The notes under the pieces are model-generated. The model had not been told where the DNA came from. It did not search any database and was given only the letters and a program-made list of their open reading frames with translations. From Chiloscyllium plagiosum (taxonomy: Eukaryota): DNA of 50,778 bases. Shown here in pieces: positions 48,161-50,778 of this stretch. Position numbers and translations under genes: made by a program. How positions within the stretch are numbered: the first letter of the stretch is position 1; the number at the start of each line of letters is the position of its first letter. The stretch lies in contig NC_057719.1 in assembly GCF_004010195.1 (NCBI RefSeq), positions 94,968,599 to 95,019,376 on the forward strand, written 5' to 3'.

Positions 48161-50702
48161 CTACAAAGCAGACTAAGGGATGGGTCTACAGAACTGTTTG
48201 TCTTGGGCTGGGACTAGCCTTTGTACACCACAAGTACTGGCTTTATTTTGATTATGGATGGTCCTTTCCAGTTGGTCTTCCTGAGTTACTGCAATCATGC
48301 ATCAATCTCACACTTCAACTAAAATGTGGTTAGCTAATCAAAATTGAGGACCTAATTACAAGGTTTCTTAAGAACAAGAAGAAGAATTTTATTACTTATT
48401 AACCTTGAGAAAAGTAATAAAACATGGTATAAAATACAAGTATTGTTACAAAGTTTAAAAAGGTGAGTGTCCAGTACAAAAAAGGAAGATCAAGAATATG
48501 TAACTAAAAGTTCTTAGAATCTGTTAGGTTCAGGTTTAACTAGAGATAACAATTATATCCTGAACATGCAATGGAATGTGTAGATATCTTTAAGCCTTAT
48601 TGAATAGACAAGTTTCCAATTTGATTTTCATTAGGTTTTTGTCTTCCAAGAGCCTGAGAGAAAAGAAACAGAAAAAGAGAGCTTTCCAATTCTGCCATTA
48701 CAGATCCATGTTTTCCTTCTTCCCTGCTGGGTCTAAAAGCAGCTTTGTGTGAGACACTTCCTTTGTGTATTCCTGTGCCTGGCTTCACTGCCTTTCTTTC
48801 ACAAATCTAAATATTCTTCAGATGACTTTCATCCCAATAAGTGAAACTTCTAGAAAAGTGTAAATCAAGCAGGAGATACAGATCTGTGCGAATGGTTTCA
48901 GTTAGTTTGATGACTGGATTTTGCTTATTGTTAGTTTCATTAACTGCCTCAATGTATGACCACTGTAGCCTTCATAAGTCAATGATTTCCCTTTTTAAAA
49001 ATCATTGTAGTCCATGAAAAATCCCAGGCATTAAAATGATATAATGGGAGTGTTTGGCATTATGAAAGGATAAAAAAAATAGATACAAGAAGACTGAATA
49101 AGGGAGGTATCTAAAGGTAAACATACAAGATTAAGTGTAAAAGTTTGGGACAGAGACCATTTACAGACAGATTAGATGCTATGGAATTTACTTCAAGGTT
49201 TATTAGTTTAGGCAGAAACTATGCTTAATTTCGAAGTTAGATTGGGTAGTTAGATAATATCTAATGGGGCTAAAGGTCTGGAAACTGGGCAGGTAAATAT
49301 GATTAGGACCATTTGCTTAAATGGAAGATAAACTGCTAATGTATTAGTTGGAAACTGAATGGCGAGCTTGCTATTTGTGATTTCCATGTAATTACCAATG
49401 CTGATCAGATACTCAGAAAACTCACTGCTATTTCCAAGAAAGATATCTAACCTATCAAAGTAGCATTTTGCTATACATCTATCTCGTCTCCACATCAACC
49501 TAGTAACAGCGTTGACAAAGTTCAGGAGGTTAGCCCGTTCTCAGTTTACACCAAACATGAGCTGAAAATATGGTAATGAAGGCATTTGATTTTTTAATGC
49601 TAATTTTATTCTGCAGTTTTCAGAAACATGCGATATTTTCAAATGCTACCAGTATTATGCTCTCTGTATTTCTCCTTTTAAATTAGATTGACTGAGAATT
49701 CTTTACACCTGAAACTAATATCTGACTGTAGATGATAACAGTTAATCCTTGAGTACATTATTTTCTAATTTAATTCTACTATATTAGTGATGAAAACCCA
49801 TCAGTCAATTAAAGTTTATTGTTTAGAGTACATTTTGCACTTTGAAAGTACAAGAAACTTTCCCACATGTAACATTATTTTTGGTACCATACATAAGTTG
49901 TAATTTTTTATGAAGTTGGAGGGGCACAATTTCATTGCAGCTTATTCTTGATGTCAAAATCATTAACTTTCGGGTACCACCTGCACACTGACACATCGAT
50001 TAAGTTGAGTTCTGTAGGTGCCCCAATTAATACAGTATACTTTGTTTGTGGAGGGGAGGAGTGGGTCTTGTGCGGCACTGGCACTGTTTCTATCTCAGGG
50101 AGGGGAGATATTTATGAAGGGCGGGTGGAATGATCAATTAATGTCAACTTAACTCTCATTATGAAAACTTTGACTGTAAAGAACTACAAGTTCTTCACAA
50201 CAGGAGACAAAGGAGATATTGTAAGCACGACCCTGTCCTCTTGATGCTGCACTGAAGATATTACTGGATTAGGCCAACAAGAGAAGTAATGCCCTTTTCC
50301 CATCAAGCAATGGGAAGATGTCTCGACAAAGTACTTGGCAGTGGGCAGGGAGGGAAAAATGGATGAGCACCAGGTACATTCTGTTATTGATGTGTAGCTC
50401 CAGTTCTGGTACCTCTCAGGATTGATATGTGATGGTAGCAAAGTGAAATGTGGATTGTCAGTGGCATCCTGTACAACCTGCTACTCTCAGGACAGACTGA
50501 ATGAAATGTATTCAAATGTACATACAATGCCTTAAATGCAACAATGGACAGGAAATAGGGAGATGTTGCAAATATTTCTTATTCCAACCTGAAAGGAATT
50601 TGGTGAATATAATCATGATCATGGTTACCTTTCCAGCAACCAGCACTGACATCCTCACCTTGCTTTGAGGCTGCAACTCACACTACAATAAGTTGCAGAT
50701 TT

Positions 50703-50773
50703 CGGGGGTTGGGGGTGGGCGGGGGGTGGGGTGGGGGGGTGGGATGGGGGTGGGGGTGGGGGTGTGGGGGGGG
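50703..50773 (+). repeat. G-rich (GGGGT-like) low-complexity tract, G-quadruplex-capable
   Basis: About ten G runs of 3-8 nt separated by 1-3 nt. Confidence 0.85.
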
Positions 50774-50778
50774 AGCGT

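Noticed and set aside
1..50778. Estrogen/progesterone response elements in pgr introns
   Set aside because: By eye I found only half-sites (many within repeats) and no full palindromic element; not supportable without a motif scan.

Overview
Repeat-dense vertebrate DNA, almost certainly from a cartilaginous fish (shark-type HE1/V-SINE, Deu-domain SINE and CR1/HER1-like LINE content). The only host coding sequence I can support is one 117-bp minus-strand exon (37766-37882) encoding the second zinc finger of a 3-ketosteroid nuclear receptor, best matching progesterone receptor (pgr exon 3). The rest of the window therefore appears to be its two large flanking introns. These hold decayed CR1-type LINEs, tRNA-derived SINEs, an internally deleted Gypsy-like LTR element, a solo LTR and a Penelope-like element (PLE) fragment. 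Two things stand out. (1) More than a dozen short, mostly fold-back PLE-derived mini-elements from about 5 families, most with 12-16 bp target-site duplications (TSDs). Most carry a minimal hammerhead-ribozyme motif, with covariation across families including a U3-A8 compensatory core. (2) Three copies of a probable Tx1-clade retroposon 3' end, two with poly(A) tails, stacked at one site just downstream of the TATA box of a Gypsy LTR. This suggests a sequence-specific element parasitising another transposon's promoter. Repeat boundaries are read by eye and approximate; family names come from recalled similarity, not database searches.
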